This document shows positions 8,060 through 17,541 of a DNA stretch of 51,828 bases, in pieces. Position 1 is the first letter of the stretch, and each line of letters begins with the position of its first letter. Source of the stretch: Deltaproteobacteria bacterium (GTDB lineage: Bacteria; Myxococcota_A; Polyangia; DRWM01); the NCBI GenBank assembly GCA_019310245.1, contig JAFDER010000007.1, positions 1 through 51,828 of the forward strand. Reading direction: 5' to 3'. The position numbers and the translations under genes are program-made. The notes beneath the pieces were generated by a model, which was given only the letters and a program-made list of their open reading frames with translations, was not told the DNA's origin and did not search any database.

Positions 8060-9226
8060 TTACATGTTAACGATCAGGATGTCGAGCCGGCCTCCCGGGC
8101 AGGCTTCCGCGAGGCAGTGGCCGGGGTCCGGCGGCGGCGACTCGCCCCATCCCCTGGAGAATACAGCAGATTCCGGAACGCCCCCGTTCACGAGCTCACG
8201 CGCGGCGGACAGGGCGATTTTCCCGGATTTTTCGATGCACACCTCGCCGCTGCATTCCTCGCACAGGTAGGCCTCTACCAGAATCACGGACTTCGATGCA
8301 TCTCCCATGGCTCCGAGTGACGTGCCGATCGCCTCCAGCGCCTCGTCCGTCAGGCCACCGTCCTTCGCGTCGAGCGGGTCGCGCAGGCTCAGGAGGATGC
8401 CGCGCGTGGTCGCCGAGACCATCACGCGGGTGTCCGCCAGCGCCTTGACGAAGCGCTCCACGAGATGCGCGTCAGTCGCGGGATTCTCGAGCGGGTCCGG
8501 CTTGTTCAGCGTGCGCGTGTGGTTCAGCAGGCGGTCGGCGCGCAGCCGCGCGTCGTCCGAGAGCGGACGGGTCGTCTCCCAGTCGGCCCCCTGCGCCTGC
8601 TGCGCCTTCTCGAGGGCCTCGCGCGTCTCCTTCGTCTCGCTGGGCAGCAGCTTCTCGCAGCCGAGTGCCTCGGCCGCGAGCACCGCTCCTGCCGCGGCCT
8701 GCAGGGCCGTCGCGATGCGCCCCGCTTCCACGGCGAGCCACTTGGACTTCTCGCCGTCCTCGAGGCCGGCCATCATGTCCCGGTCCTTCTTGAACGCGGC
8801 GAGGCTGGCCTTTGCCGCGTCCTTCTGGGTTTCGTGATAGGCGTGCAGCTCGAGGAAGCGGGCCTGCGAGTCGATCCTGAGCGACTTGAACTTCGCGAGC
8901 TCGATGCCCGCCTCCTCGATCCTGCGCTCCGCCGCGGCGATGCGCGCGCCCGCCTTCTTCTCGCGCATCACGGCGATGGCGGTCTTGAACAGGGCCGATG
9001 CCTCCATGGCGAGTGCCAGCGCACGGGGCTCGTCGCCGGCCGCGTGGGCGTTGCGGGCCCTCTCGAGCGCGTCCGTGGCGCTCTTCCACAGGGCGGGCGC
9101 CTTCACGCGCGCATCCTGCGCCGCGGGTGAGGACTCGATTCCCGCCGCGTCGGTGATGTACGACGGCGCGGGCGGAGGGCCGCACGAGACGAGCGCCGCC
9201 GCGACGACGAGCAGGACGGCCCTCAT
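8060..9226 (-). CDS. Lipoprotein with helical N-domain and OmpA-like C-terminal domain (tentative)
   Basis: Start chosen at MRAVLLVVAAALVSCG (lipobox) inside ORF 8060..9991. Long Ala-rich helical region. The C-terminal block ILLSLRD...SVILVEAY...IALSAARELVNGGVPESAVFSRGWGESPP follows the OmpA_C pattern. Its ATG overlaps the upstream stop (ATGA at 9223-9226). Confidence 0.6.
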   Translation of the reverse strand: MRAVLLVVAAALVSCGPPPAPSYITDAAGIESSPAAQDARVKAPALWKSATDALERARNAHAAGDEPRALALAMEASALFKTAIAVMREKKAGARIAAAERRIEEAGIELAKFKSLRIDSQARFLELHAYHETQKDAAKASLAAFKKDRDMMAGLEDGEKSKWLAVEAGRIATALQAAAGAVLAAEALGCEKLLPSETKETREALEKAQQAQGADWETTRPLSDDARLRADRLLNHTRTLNKPDPLENPATDAHLVERFVKALADTRVMVSATTRGILLSLRDPLDAKDGGLTDEALEAIGTSLGAMGDASKSVILVEAYLCEECSGEVCIEKSGKIALSAARELVNGGVPESAVFSRGWGESPPPDPGHCLAEACPGGRLDILIVNM

Positions 9227-9576
9227 TTCGCGCTCCAGTAGGATGCGACTCCGGTGGCCAGGATCTGCTCGACCAGGAACTCGTACGCCGCCTGCTCGAC
9301 CCGTGCCTCGTTCTCCGCCTCGAGGGCCTCGATCTCCCTTCCCGCGGCAGCCTTCTCCATCTCGTGCGCCGAGTCCATGGCCCCGAGCAGGTCGAGCTGG
9401 AGCCCGAGCAGCCTCTCGTCGCCCGCCTCGAGAAGCTCGCGCGCCACCTCCATCTCGGAAGGCGCCACCTCGCCCATGCCGCGCGCCTCGAGCTCCTCGA
9501 GCACCGCCGCGGGCTCGCCCGCCTTGATGGACAGGGAGGCGAGCATCACCACCGTCATTGCTATTGTCTTCGACAT
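9223..9576 (-). CDS. Small secreted helical protein, translationally coupled to the downstream lipoprotein
   Basis: Start chosen at MSKTIAMTVVMLASLSIKAG (signal-like) inside ORF 9223..10239. Acidic helical body. Its stop overlaps the next ATG. Confidence 0.5.
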   Translation of the reverse strand: MSKTIAMTVVMLASLSIKAGEPAAVLEELEARGMGEVAPSEMEVARELLEAGDERLLGLQLDLLGAMDSAHEMEKAAAGREIEALEAENEARVEQAAYEFLVEQILATGVASYWSAK

Positions 9577-9697
9577 CGTTGCGTGCTCCGCGAAGGTAGA
9601 AGATTCTTTCACAGGAGAGGGTCGAGATCCACCTCGATCGGCCCCATTGCCGTGGTGATGTTCCCGTCGTAATGTCGGTGACCGACTGGAGGAGTGA

Positions 9698-11806
9698 ATG
9701 AGAATCCGACCATTGGCAACCACCGCTGCCGTGGTTCTCCTCGCCGCGATGAACGGGTGCGGGGGCGACGGCGGAGGCCGGAAGGGGCTGTGCCCGGAGC
9801 CTGCGTCCGGCGGGCCAGTGGCCCTGTTCGACCTGTTCTCGCCCTCGGGCGAGGAGCTCGCGCCGTTTCCCACGGACCTGAAGACCGTCGCGGACGCCGA
9901 TTCGCCGACGGGGCTCAGGCTCGCGTACTCGCGATCCATGTTCAGGAACGGGCTGAACGTGCTCGACGGCGCCGGACTGCAGTCCATCCACTTCGTGCCG
10001 TTCGCCCGTTCCATCGATCCTGCCAGCCTGCCGGCCTCCCCGGCCGCGAGCACGGCCGACGGCTCATCCCTGTTCCTCCTCGACATCGACGGGCTCGGCG
10101 ACGCCGAGGCCGGCACGCTCGCCACGCGCAAGCGTGCGATCGAGACCGGGGTCGTCCACGACGGGAACTCGATCTTCATGCCCACGATCCGCAACGCCAT
10201 CGCCGCGAGGCCCACCGGACGCCTGGAGCCCGGCCGCACCTACGCGCTGGTCACCACGGCCTGCGTCACCGCGCCCGACGGCTCGGGCCTCGGGACCCAG
10301 GAGGGATTCGCGGATATCAGGGACGGCGGCGCGCCGCCGTCGGAGGCGAATCCCGAAGCGGCCGGGGATCTGGCCCGCGTGATCGCGTACCTCGAGAGGG
10401 AAGGGTACCACCGCGGCGATCTGGCCATGGTCACCACCTTCACGACCCAGGTGCCGCAGCACGTGCTCAGCGCCGCGCGCGAGGTGTTCGAGAGCCTTGA
10501 CGCCCCCGACCCCGTCGTGACGCTCGTGTTCGATGCGGCCGACGCGGACGGCAACCTGCACCCGGACCTCATGGATCACATCGAGGACCCCGACATCGAC
10601 GGGGACCCGGCGGATCTGCTCTCGGACTTCGACCTCTCCACCTACAGGTTCGACCGCATCGACAAGGTGGTCTTCGGCACGTTCGAGGCGCCCAGCTTTC
10701 TCGACGACGATGAGATGTTCTCCATCGACGAGACGTGGACCCCCCGGGTCACCGGGACCGAGACGCTGCAGTTCCTGCTGACGCTGCCGCGCGAGGACAC
10801 CGACGCGGGCATCGCGCCTCCCTACCGCGTGCTCGTCTACCAGCACGCCATGACGGTGTGCAAGGAGACGATCCTCCCCCTGGCCGACACCATGGCGCGG
10901 TTCGGGATCGCCGTCATCGGCATCGACACGGTCAAGCACGGCTCGCGGCACCCCGACGAGCCGGGCACGTGCAGCCTCGAGTTCGGCACCTTCATGTACA
11001 TCGACAACTTCTCGCGCTCGAACTCGTACTTCATGCAGACCGTGGTCGACATCTGGAGCCTCGTCGCCATGCTCCAGCGCGGTAGAGGCATCGACGTGCT
11101 GCCGGATCCGGGCGGCGACGGAACGCCCGATCTGGACGTCGAGAGGCTGGCCTTCGCCGGCCAGTCCATGGGCTCGAGCATGGGCATGGATGCCATGGCC
11201 CTCGAGCCCGCCTTCGGCGCGGGTGTGGTGAACGTGGGCGCCGGCTCGATGATGAACCTCATGCTCTCCATGAGCATGGATCTTCCCGACGATCCGGTGC
11301 CCGCGCTCTCGCAGTACGGGCTCTACGAGATGAACATGGGCGCCCTGGTTCCCGCCATGGCGGACCGGGGCGATCCCCTGACCTGGGCGGGCCACCTGAT
11401 CCGTGATCCCGTCTCGCCCGCGCGCACCACGCCGCTCTCGCTCCTCTACCAGCAGGCCGCCTACGACGAGATCCTCCCGTACGAGAGCGCCGCGGTGACG
11501 GCGCAGATCATGGGCATCCCGGGCGTGATGCCCGCTTTGCGTCCCGTTGATGGGCTCGATGCGGCCTCGACCCCGGTCTCGGACAACCTCGACGGGCTCA
11601 CGGCCGCGCTTTTCCAGTACGACCGGCCCGCCGAGCACCAGTTCCTGCTCACCTGCGAGGACCCGGCGGTCATGTTCGCCGGCCAGCTCCAGCTCGCCGT
11701 GTTTGCCGACACGTACCTGCGGGGCGGCCCGGCCGTGATCATCGATCCATTCGACGACGCGCAGATCGCCGCCCACGCACCCGGCTGGGAGTCCTGGACC
11801 CCCTAA
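9698..11806 (+). CDS. Large lipoprotein, alpha/beta-hydrolase (lipase/esterase-like)
   Basis: Signal/lipobox VVLLAAMNGCGG. Nucleophile elbow AFAGQSMGSSMG (GxSxG) with HG-type context (VYQHAM...HGSRH). SD GGAGGAG lies before the ATG. Confidence 0.7.
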   Translation: MRIRPLATTAAVVLLAAMNGCGGDGGGRKGLCPEPASGGPVALFDLFSPSGEELAPFPTDLKTVADADSPTGLRLAYSRSMFRNGLNVLDGAGLQSIHFVPFARSIDPASLPASPAASTADGSSLFLLDIDGLGDAEAGTLATRKRAIETGVVHDGNSIFMPTIRNAIAARPTGRLEPGRTYALVTTACVTAPDGSGLGTQEGFADIRDGGAPPSEANPEAAGDLARVIAYLEREGYHRGDLAMVTTFTTQVPQHVLSAAREVFESLDAPDPVVTLVFDAADADGNLHPDLMDHIEDPDIDGDPADLLSDFDLSTYRFDRIDKVVFGTFEAPSFLDDDEMFSIDETWTPRVTGTETLQFLLTLPREDTDAGIAPPYRVLVYQHAMTVCKETILPLADTMARFGIAVIGIDTVKHGSRHPDEPGTCSLEFGTFMYIDNFSRSNSYFMQTVVDIWSLVAMLQRGRGIDVLPDPGGDGTPDLDVERLAFAGQSMGSSMGMDAMALEPAFGAGVVNVGAGSMMNLMLSMSMDLPDDPVPALSQYGLYEMNMGALVPAMADRGDPLTWAGHLIRDPVSPARTTPLSLLYQQAAYDEILPYESAAVTAQIMGIPGVMPALRPVDGLDAASTPVSDNLDGLTAALFQYDRPAEHQFLLTCEDPAVMFAGQLQLAVFADTYLRGGPAVIIDPFDDAQIAAHAPGWESWTP

Positions 11807-12016
11807 ACTGGCAGGCGATGAAGCTGCCGCCACGGAGCATCGTTGCGTTCATCTGCACGTAGGCTGCCTGCGGTCCTCCCGACAGCACACGTTCCCTGGG
11901 CGACCAAGGGCATGTCGGGGCGCGGGGTCGAAGGCACCATGGAGATCCCCGGTGCCGGAGTGCCCCGCGCTCCCCATGCCCGTGCAGTAGGGTGCCGCGG
12001 ACATGGGAGAAGCAAG

Positions 12017-12790
12017 TCAGTCGTCGGATTCCAGGCGTGCGACGAACTCGTCGACCAGTGCGGTGTAGTCCGTGCGCGCGCGGCCCGACTCGGGCTCGAA
12101 CTCGTAGATCGTCGTGCGGTGCGACGGGCAGGTCTTGAGCTTGGTGTCGATGCGGATCATCGTTCGGAAGACGCGGCTGCCGAACGTCTTGCGCAGGATC
12201 TCCTCCACCTCCCATGTGATGCGCTCGCGGCGGTCCACCTGCGTGAGCACGTAGCCCATGACGCGCGCCGGGATCCTGAGCTTCATCCGGATGCGGCCCA
12301 GCGCCTCGTTGAACTGCTTGAGGCCCAGGATGGGCAGGTACTCGCAGTTGACGGGCACGAGGATCCAGTCCGCAGCCGCCAGCGCGGCCATGGTCGATGC
12401 GCCCATGTGCGGCGGCGTGTCCACGACCACGGTGCCGGTCACCTGCGTGAGCGCGCGCCGCAGCGCGTCGGGGCTGGCGGGGAAGGCGTCCACGGCCTCG
12501 GGCTCGCCGCTCCAGGGCAGGACAAAGAGCCTCTCCGTGCCCGTCGCTCGGCTTGCCCCTTCGGCCGTCGCCTCGCCGCGCAGCACCTCCACGATCCCCG
12601 GGCCGGCGGAGCCGGGATCGAGCAGGTGGGCCGTGGCGCTGCCCTGGGCGTCGAGATCGACGAGGAGCGTCTCGCGGCCGAGCCGGGCCAGGCCGGCGGC
12701 CAGGTGCACGGCCGTGGTCGTCTTGCCCACGCCTCCCTTGAGGTTGGCCACGGCCACGACGGTCGACGAGCCTGTCCGGTCTGCGCCCAT
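12017..12790 (-). CDS. ParA/MinD-family P-loop ATPase
   Basis: Deviant Walker A VANLKGGVGKTTTAVHLAAGLA, then LLVDLDAQGS and VVVDTPP. Start taken at MGADRTG inside ORF 12017..13708, 8 nt after the upstream stop. Confidence 0.85.
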   Translation of the reverse strand: MGADRTGSSTVVAVANLKGGVGKTTTAVHLAAGLARLGRETLLVDLDAQGSATAHLLDPGSAGPGIVEVLRGEATAEGASRATGTERLFVLPWSGEPEAVDAFPASPDALRRALTQVTGTVVVDTPPHMGASTMAALAAADWILVPVNCEYLPILGLKQFNEALGRIRMKLRIPARVMGYVLTQVDRRERITWEVEEILRKTFGSRVFRTMIRIDTKLKTCPSHRTTIYEFEPESGRARTDYTALVDEFVARLESDD

Positions 12791-12798
12791 GCCCGCTC

Positions 12799-13743
12799 CT
12801 AGAACGACCACTTCCAGGTGAACCCGAGCAGGATGTCCATGTCCTCCTCGTGGAGCTCCAGCGGCTCCTTGCGCATCTCGGGCGGCACGTCCTCGGTGTC
12901 GACAGTTTTCCACGCCGTTTGCCCCTCGCCGAGCTTGACGTAGTAGATCACCGCATCGATGACGCCCGCCACCATGGCCGCGATGACCACGGCGCCCATG
13001 ACGTTCGTGGCGTCCTTCAGCATGTCGAAGTAGCCCTTGTACGTTTCCTGGCGCGCCGCGTGCACTCGCGTGGCCTGATTCCCGTAATACTCGCTCAGGC
13101 CCCAGAGCGTGATGTTCGCGCCCAGGAGGGCCAGCTCGCCCCCGAGGAACAGGAAGCCCTTGAGCATGTGGCCGTTCTGGAACTGGCCCACGCCGAAGGG
13201 TACGAGCGCGAAGAGCGGGTTCCGGGTCCGCTGCTCCCTGCCGAGGTACACGGGCATGGAGGCCTCCTTGATCGACTCGATGAGCATCTTCTTCTTCGCC
13301 GCCTTCTCGGCCTTGGCCTTGGCGGCCTCCTTCTCCTTCTCCGCCTGGATGGCGGCGAGCTCGTCCGCGATGCGGAGCTTGACCTTGTAGAAGGTGTCCA
13401 GGATGTCCGTGGGGAACAGGACGGGGTCCAGCTCGTAGTCCGGGTCCTCCCTGAGCAGGGCCTCGAACCTGGCCTCGGCCTCCGGGTTCTTTCCCAGGAA
13501 CATCAACGTGGCTCCCAGGTACTTGTGGACCTCGAACACGAGCGCCTTGTTGTCCAGCGGCGGGTCGCGCTCGAGCAGCGCCGTGAACCTCTGCTCGGCC
13601 GTCTCGAACTCGCCCGTGTCGTAGGCGTTCATGGCGAGCTGGAACTCTGCGAGATCGTCCTGCCCGGTCGCCGACGCATCCCGCGCGGGCAGGAAGGCCG
13701 CGATGCATGCGGCCGCTACGATGCTGGACAGTCTTCTCATCAT
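12799..13743 (-). CDS. Signal-peptide protein with TPR-like N-domain, Lys/Ala coiled coil and C-terminal TM helices
   Basis: MMRRLSSIVAAACIAAFLPARDASA. TPR-like EFETAEQRFTALLERDP...GKNPEAEARFEALLREDP. Coiled coil AEKEKEAAKAKAEKAAKKK. Hydrophobic helices. Ends in ...GFTWKWSF. Confidence 0.65.
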   Translation of the reverse strand: MMRRLSSIVAAACIAAFLPARDASATGQDDLAEFQLAMNAYDTGEFETAEQRFTALLERDPPLDNKALVFEVHKYLGATLMFLGKNPEAEARFEALLREDPDYELDPVLFPTDILDTFYKVKLRIADELAAIQAEKEKEAAKAKAEKAAKKKMLIESIKEASMPVYLGREQRTRNPLFALVPFGVGQFQNGHMLKGFLFLGGELALLGANITLWGLSEYYGNQATRVHAARQETYKGYFDMLKDATNVMGAVVIAAMVAGVIDAVIYYVKLGEGQTAWKTVDTEDVPPEMRKEPLELHEEDMDILLGFTWKWSF

Positions 13744-13844
13744 CTACCGATCAGCCTAAAACGTCTATTCAAAACGATAAATGGTCGAAAAGCAATCCAT
13801 GCCGCGCACTGGCGGCTGCCCGGCCCCACTGTTATCCTCTTCGC

Positions 13845-14399
13845 ATGGTCCGGATCGCATGCTGCGTCGCCCTCGCGATCGCGCTGCTTTCTCCTCGCGC
13901 GCACGCAGGGTGGTACTCCTACATGTCGAAGCAGCCCGCCCCCCGGGTGGCCGTGCTCATCGATCCGCTCGGCATCATGGCCGGCCTCTATTCTGGCATC
14001 ATCCAGATCAAGCCTCAGGTCCAGTACGCTCCCCTCAGGCACCTGGCCATCGAGGCGACGCCGGTCTTTCTCTACGCCTACTCGAAGGAGGGCAAGGTCT
14101 ACGACACCGTGCTCGGCGGCGGGGCCATGCTGGGCCTCAGGCTCGTCCTGCACCATCTCAAGGGGCCGTACCTGGCCACCCGTGCCGGACCGCTCAGCCT
14201 CAAGAGCAGGTCCGTCGAGAGGATCATCATGCTCGTCGAGGTCGAGCTGGGCTGGAGCTGGGCGCCGCGCGCGCGGGGGCTCATCATGACCGGCGGCATG
14301 GGCTACCAGGGCTACTACCCGCTCGATAGCGAGAGCCGGCTCTACTATGTGGCCGCGCACACCTTCATGATCAACTACGCCATCGGATACGCCTGGTGA
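13845..14399 (+). CDS. Small secreted protein, outer-membrane beta-barrel-like (tentative)
   Basis: Start taken at MVRIACCVALAIALLSPRAHAG inside ORF 13707..14399. Alternating hydrophobic strands and an aromatic C-terminus (...NYAIGYAW). The stop overlaps the next gene's GTG (GTGA). Confidence 0.5.
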   Translation: MVRIACCVALAIALLSPRAHAGWYSYMSKQPAPRVAVLIDPLGIMAGLYSGIIQIKPQVQYAPLRHLAIEATPVFLYAYSKEGKVYDTVLGGGAMLGLRLVLHHLKGPYLATRAGPLSLKSRSVERIIMLVEVELGWSWAPRARGLIMTGGMGYQGYYPLDSESRLYYVAAHTFMINYAIGYAW

Positions 14400-15688
14400 A
14401 GAGCCGCACCGGGGAGCCGCGCGAGGACAGGCGAGCGGTCCGTGCCTGGATGATGTACGATTGGGCGAACTCCGCCTTCGCCACCACGGTGCTGGCCGGC
14501 TTCTTCCCCATCTTCTTCAAGAGCTACTGGGCCGGCGGGATGGAGGGAGCCAGGAGCACGGCCCTTCTCGGCACGGCGGCCTCGGTGAGCGTGGTCCTCG
14601 TCTTCCTCGTCGCCGTCGGCCTGGGCTCGCTCGCCGACCGGACGGGCAGCCGCAGGCGGCTGCTGGGCCTGTTCTGCGCGCTCGGCTCGCTCGCGACGAT
14701 GGCCCTCGCCCTCGTGCCGCAGGGCATGGCCGTCTGGGCGCTCGCGCTCTACGTGGTGGGCACGCTGGGGTTCGCGGGCTCGAGCGTGTTCTACGACGCA
14801 CTCCTTCCCCTGATCGCGCGTCCCGAGAGGCTCGACGACGTCTCCACGCGCGGGTATGCCCTCGGGTACCTCGGGGGCGGGCTGCTGTTCGCCGCGCAGG
14901 TCGTGCTCGTCACCTTCCCCCACCTGTTCGGCCTGCCCGACAAGGCCGCGGCCGTGCGGGTGGCCTTCGTGACGACGGGTCTGTGGTGGGCGGGCTTCGC
15001 CGTGCCGGTGCTGACCATGATCCGCGAGGAGAAGCCCGCCCCGGCGGGGAGCGCCCTCACCGTCGTGAAGGAGAGCTTCGCGCGGCTGGCCTCCACCATC
15101 AGGAGCATCGGCTCGTACCGCGACCTGATGCTCTTCCTCGTCGCCTTCTGGTGCTACATGGACGGCGTCGGGACGATCGTGAAGATGGCCACGGCCTACG
15201 GAAAGGACGTGGGCCTCGAGGACGTTCACCTGATCGGCGCGCTGCTCATGGTGCAGTTCATCGGGCTGCCCGCCACGGTGCTCTTCGGCCTGCTCGCCAG
15301 GAGGTTCGGCCGCCGCCGCATGATCCTCGTGGGCATCGCGGCCTACGCGGGCGTGGTCGTCTTCGCCTACTTCATGTCTCGCGGCTGGCACTTCTTCGTC
15401 CTCGCCACGGTGGTGGGGCTCTTCCAGGGCGGGATCCAGGCGATCAGCCGTTCCCTCTACGCCTCCATGACGCCCCGCTCGAGATCCGCGGAGTTCTTCG
15501 GCTTCTACAACCTGTGCGCCAGGTTCTCCACGTTCGTGGGCCCGCTCGTGGTGGGCTGGACCGGCGGGCTCGCGCTGAACCCGCGCTTCGGCATCCTGAC
15601 CCTCGTGGTCCTGTTCGTCGCCGGCGCCGTGCTCCTCGTCATGGTCAAGCCCGAGCGCGGCCGCGCCCGGGCCCAAGAAGAAACCTGA
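14396..15688 (+). CDS. MFS transporter (UMF1/Atg22-like family)
   Basis: N-terminal WMMYDWANSAFATTVLAGFFPIFFK is typical of UMF1 MFS proteins. About 12 hydrophobic helices over 430 aa. Confidence 0.85.
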   Translation: MKSRTGEPREDRRAVRAWMMYDWANSAFATTVLAGFFPIFFKSYWAGGMEGARSTALLGTAASVSVVLVFLVAVGLGSLADRTGSRRRLLGLFCALGSLATMALALVPQGMAVWALALYVVGTLGFAGSSVFYDALLPLIARPERLDDVSTRGYALGYLGGGLLFAAQVVLVTFPHLFGLPDKAAAVRVAFVTTGLWWAGFAVPVLTMIREEKPAPAGSALTVVKESFARLASTIRSIGSYRDLMLFLVAFWCYMDGVGTIVKMATAYGKDVGLEDVHLIGALLMVQFIGLPATVLFGLLARRFGRRRMILVGIAAYAGVVVFAYFMSRGWHFFVLATVVGLFQGGIQAISRSLYASMTPRSRSAEFFGFYNLCARFSTFVGPLVVGWTGGLALNPRFGILTLVVLFVAGAVLLVMVKPERGRARAQEET

Positions 15689-15730
15689 CACATCGCTGCC
15701 GGTCCCGAACATCGATGGACGGTGACTGCC

Positions 15731-15768
15731 AGGGGCCTTTCGACGGGCTGCCCTTCGCCAGGCTCAGG
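15731..15768. repeat. Intergenic short repeat: tandem CCYTTCGMCRGGCTS units containing the GCTGCCCTTCGCCAGGCTCAGG motif
   Basis: cctttcgacgggctg is followed by cccttcgccaggctc. The 22-mer at 15747-15768 matches 27245-27266 with one mismatch. Confidence 0.5.
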
Positions 15769-15890
15769 AAAACTGACAGTCGGGGCCACCAGAGGCTCGA
15801 GAGCGGGCAGGGTGCGGGGTCGGAGCCACCCTGACATTGCCCCGGGTGGCGGAGTGCCCCGCACACTGTGCGCTCATGCATGCGGAGGAG

Positions 15891-15913
15891 GCTGCCCCTC
15901 GACAGGTAGCGGG
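15891..15913. repeat. Third, more diverged copy of the intergenic GCTGCCCYTCGMCAGG motif
   Basis: gctgcccctcgacaggtagcggg here compares with gctgcccttcgacaggctcagggcagcggg at 27245. Confidence 0.4.
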
Positions 15914-15918
15914 TCTGG

Positions 15919-16251
15919 CTAGACCATCGCGGTCCAGGCCACGTGGACGAACTCGCCTCCGGCGAGCGGCCGTCCTTCCAGGTCGTGCGGCCGGATCGTC
16001 AGCACGTGGTTGTCCCCGTCCCACTCCACGGTCGTGTGCACGAAGATCGGATGCAGCGACCCGTCATCGAACCAGCCCGACGTCACGACGGCGATCTCGT
16101 CCGTGGATCGGAAGTTCTTGAGGTTCACCGAGTAGGGGAATGCCGTGCCCTCGCTCTCGACCAAGCCCGCCTCCCGCCTTCGCAGCCTGTCGAGCAGGGA
16201 CTTGATCTTGTTGACGGTGCTGAGCACCTCGTTGAGGTTGATGTTCGCCAT
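15919..16251 (-). CDS. Small hypothetical protein (110 aa)
   Basis: Only the C-terminal part of ORF 15919..17316 looks protein-like (MANINLNEVLSTVNKIKSLLDRL...FVHTTVEWDGDNHVLTIRPHDLEG...). The rest is antisense shadow of the SDR gene. No family recognised. Confidence 0.5.
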   Translation of the reverse strand: MANINLNEVLSTVNKIKSLLDRLRRREAGLVESEGTAFPYSVNLKNFRSTDEIAVVTSGWFDDGSLHPIFVHTTVEWDGDNHVLTIRPHDLEGRPLAGGEFVHVAWTAMV

Positions 16252-16350
16252 GGTGCCTCTCCTGTGGGCAACGTGCGATATGCCGCGCCCGGGCCGATCC
16301 GTCAAGAGCGCCACTTGTCGCCGCCCGGCGCTGGATCTATTGTGGAATCC

Positions 16351-17454
16351 ATGGGCAAGGACCGCACGCTGTTCATGACGGGCTTTCCGGGGTTCATCGG
16401 CAGGCGCCTCATCGAGAAGATCCTCGAGGCGGAGCCCTCCACGTCCGTGGTCTGCCTCGTGGAGAAGCGCTTCGAGTTCAAGGCGCGCGAGGAGGTCCGA
16501 CGGCTGTCCACCAACGGCGGGTCCCGCGGCCCCACCGTCACCGTGGTCGTGGGCGACATCACCCTCCCGGACCTGGGCCTCGACGCCGACGTCATGGCCG
16601 GGCTGAGCGAGCGCGTCACGGACGTCTTCCACCTTGCGGCGGTGTACGACCTGGCGGTCCCCGAGCCCCTGGCGCGCCGCGTCAACGTCTGGGGCACGCG
16701 CCACGTGATCGACTTCTGCCGGTCGCTGCGCGGGCTGGAGAGGTTCGTCTACTACTCCACGTGCTACGTTTCCGGCACCCGGACCGGGACCGTGTACGAG
16801 GACGAGCTCGACATGGGCCAGTCCTTCAAGAACCACTACGAGTCCACCAAGCACGACGCCGAGTACCTCGTGAGGCAGGCCGCCCGGGAGATGCCGACGA
16901 TCATCCTGCGGCCGTCCATCGTGGTCGGCGATCAGGACACGGGTGAGATCCCCAAGTTCGACGGGCCCTACTTCGCGATGGTCCTCGTCGACAAGCTGGC
17001 GCGCCTGCGTGTCCCGCTCCCGTACCTGGGCGAGCTCGCGGCCGAGTCGAACCTCGTGCCCGTCAACTACGCCGTCGACGCCACTGTGGCCCTGTGGAGG
17101 GCCGACGGCGCCCCGGGGGGCACGTTCGCCCTGGCCGACCCCCATCCCATGATCAGCCGCGAGATCTACGCCGAGATCGTGCGCGGCGTGGGAGCGCTGG
17201 GGCCTCTGGGGCGCATCCCTCCCGTGCTGATCACCGCTCCGCTCAGGCTCGCGCGCGTGCGCAGGCTCCTCGGCTTGCCCCGCGAGATCCTCGAGTACTT
17301 CAACCACCCCGCGCACTACGACTGCTCACGGGCCGTCGAGGCCCTCGAGCCCCAGGGCATCGTCTGCCCTGACGTGCGGAGCTACCTGCCCCGTCTCATC
17401 GAGTACTACATGTCGAACCGCGAGCGTCCGGAGCTGCGCTGGCAGGCCAGGTAG
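16351..17454 (+). CDS. NAD-dependent epimerase/reductase of the extended SDR family (thioester/fatty-acyl reductase-like)
   Basis: LFMTGFPGFIGRRL (GxxGxxG). YESTKHDAE (YxxxK). Domain order matches NAD_binding_4-type reductases. Start taken at MGKDRTLF inside ORF 15943..17454. Confidence 0.8.
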   Translation: MGKDRTLFMTGFPGFIGRRLIEKILEAEPSTSVVCLVEKRFEFKAREEVRRLSTNGGSRGPTVTVVVGDITLPDLGLDADVMAGLSERVTDVFHLAAVYDLAVPEPLARRVNVWGTRHVIDFCRSLRGLERFVYYSTCYVSGTRTGTVYEDELDMGQSFKNHYESTKHDAEYLVRQAAREMPTIILRPSIVVGDQDTGEIPKFDGPYFAMVLVDKLARLRVPLPYLGELAAESNLVPVNYAVDATVALWRADGAPGGTFALADPHPMISREIYAEIVRGVGALGPLGRIPPVLITAPLRLARVRRLLGLPREILEYFNHPAHYDCSRAVEALEPQGIVCPDVRSYLPRLIEYYMSNRERPELRWQAR

Positions 17455-17481
17455 TTCCCTTCCCGGAACCCGGGAAGGGAA
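17455..17481. terminator. Perfect 12-bp hairpin immediately after the SDR stop codon, also downstream of rnpB on the other strand
   Basis: TTCCCTTCCCGG aac CCGGGAAGGGAA are exact complementary arms. No U-tract is present, which is common in high-G+C genomes. Confidence 0.45.
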
Positions 17482-17541
17482 CACCGTGGTTGACAGGCCT
17501 GAAGTGCGTGAAAGGGCCATTTCAGGACGGCAAGAGGTAGT

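Noticed and set aside
9227-9991. N-terminal extensions of listed ORFs. Examples: 8060..9991; 12017..13708; 27317..29335; 44605..48576 upstream of 45694; 49526..51823 upstream of 50651; 15919..17316; 21742..24081; 23370..24545; 33555..35291.
   Set aside because: The extended parts overlap the preceding real gene in another frame and read as Arg/Gly-rich nonsense. The chosen internal starts coincide with signal peptides or family-typical N-termini, and with short gaps or ATGA/GTGA overlaps to the upstream gene.
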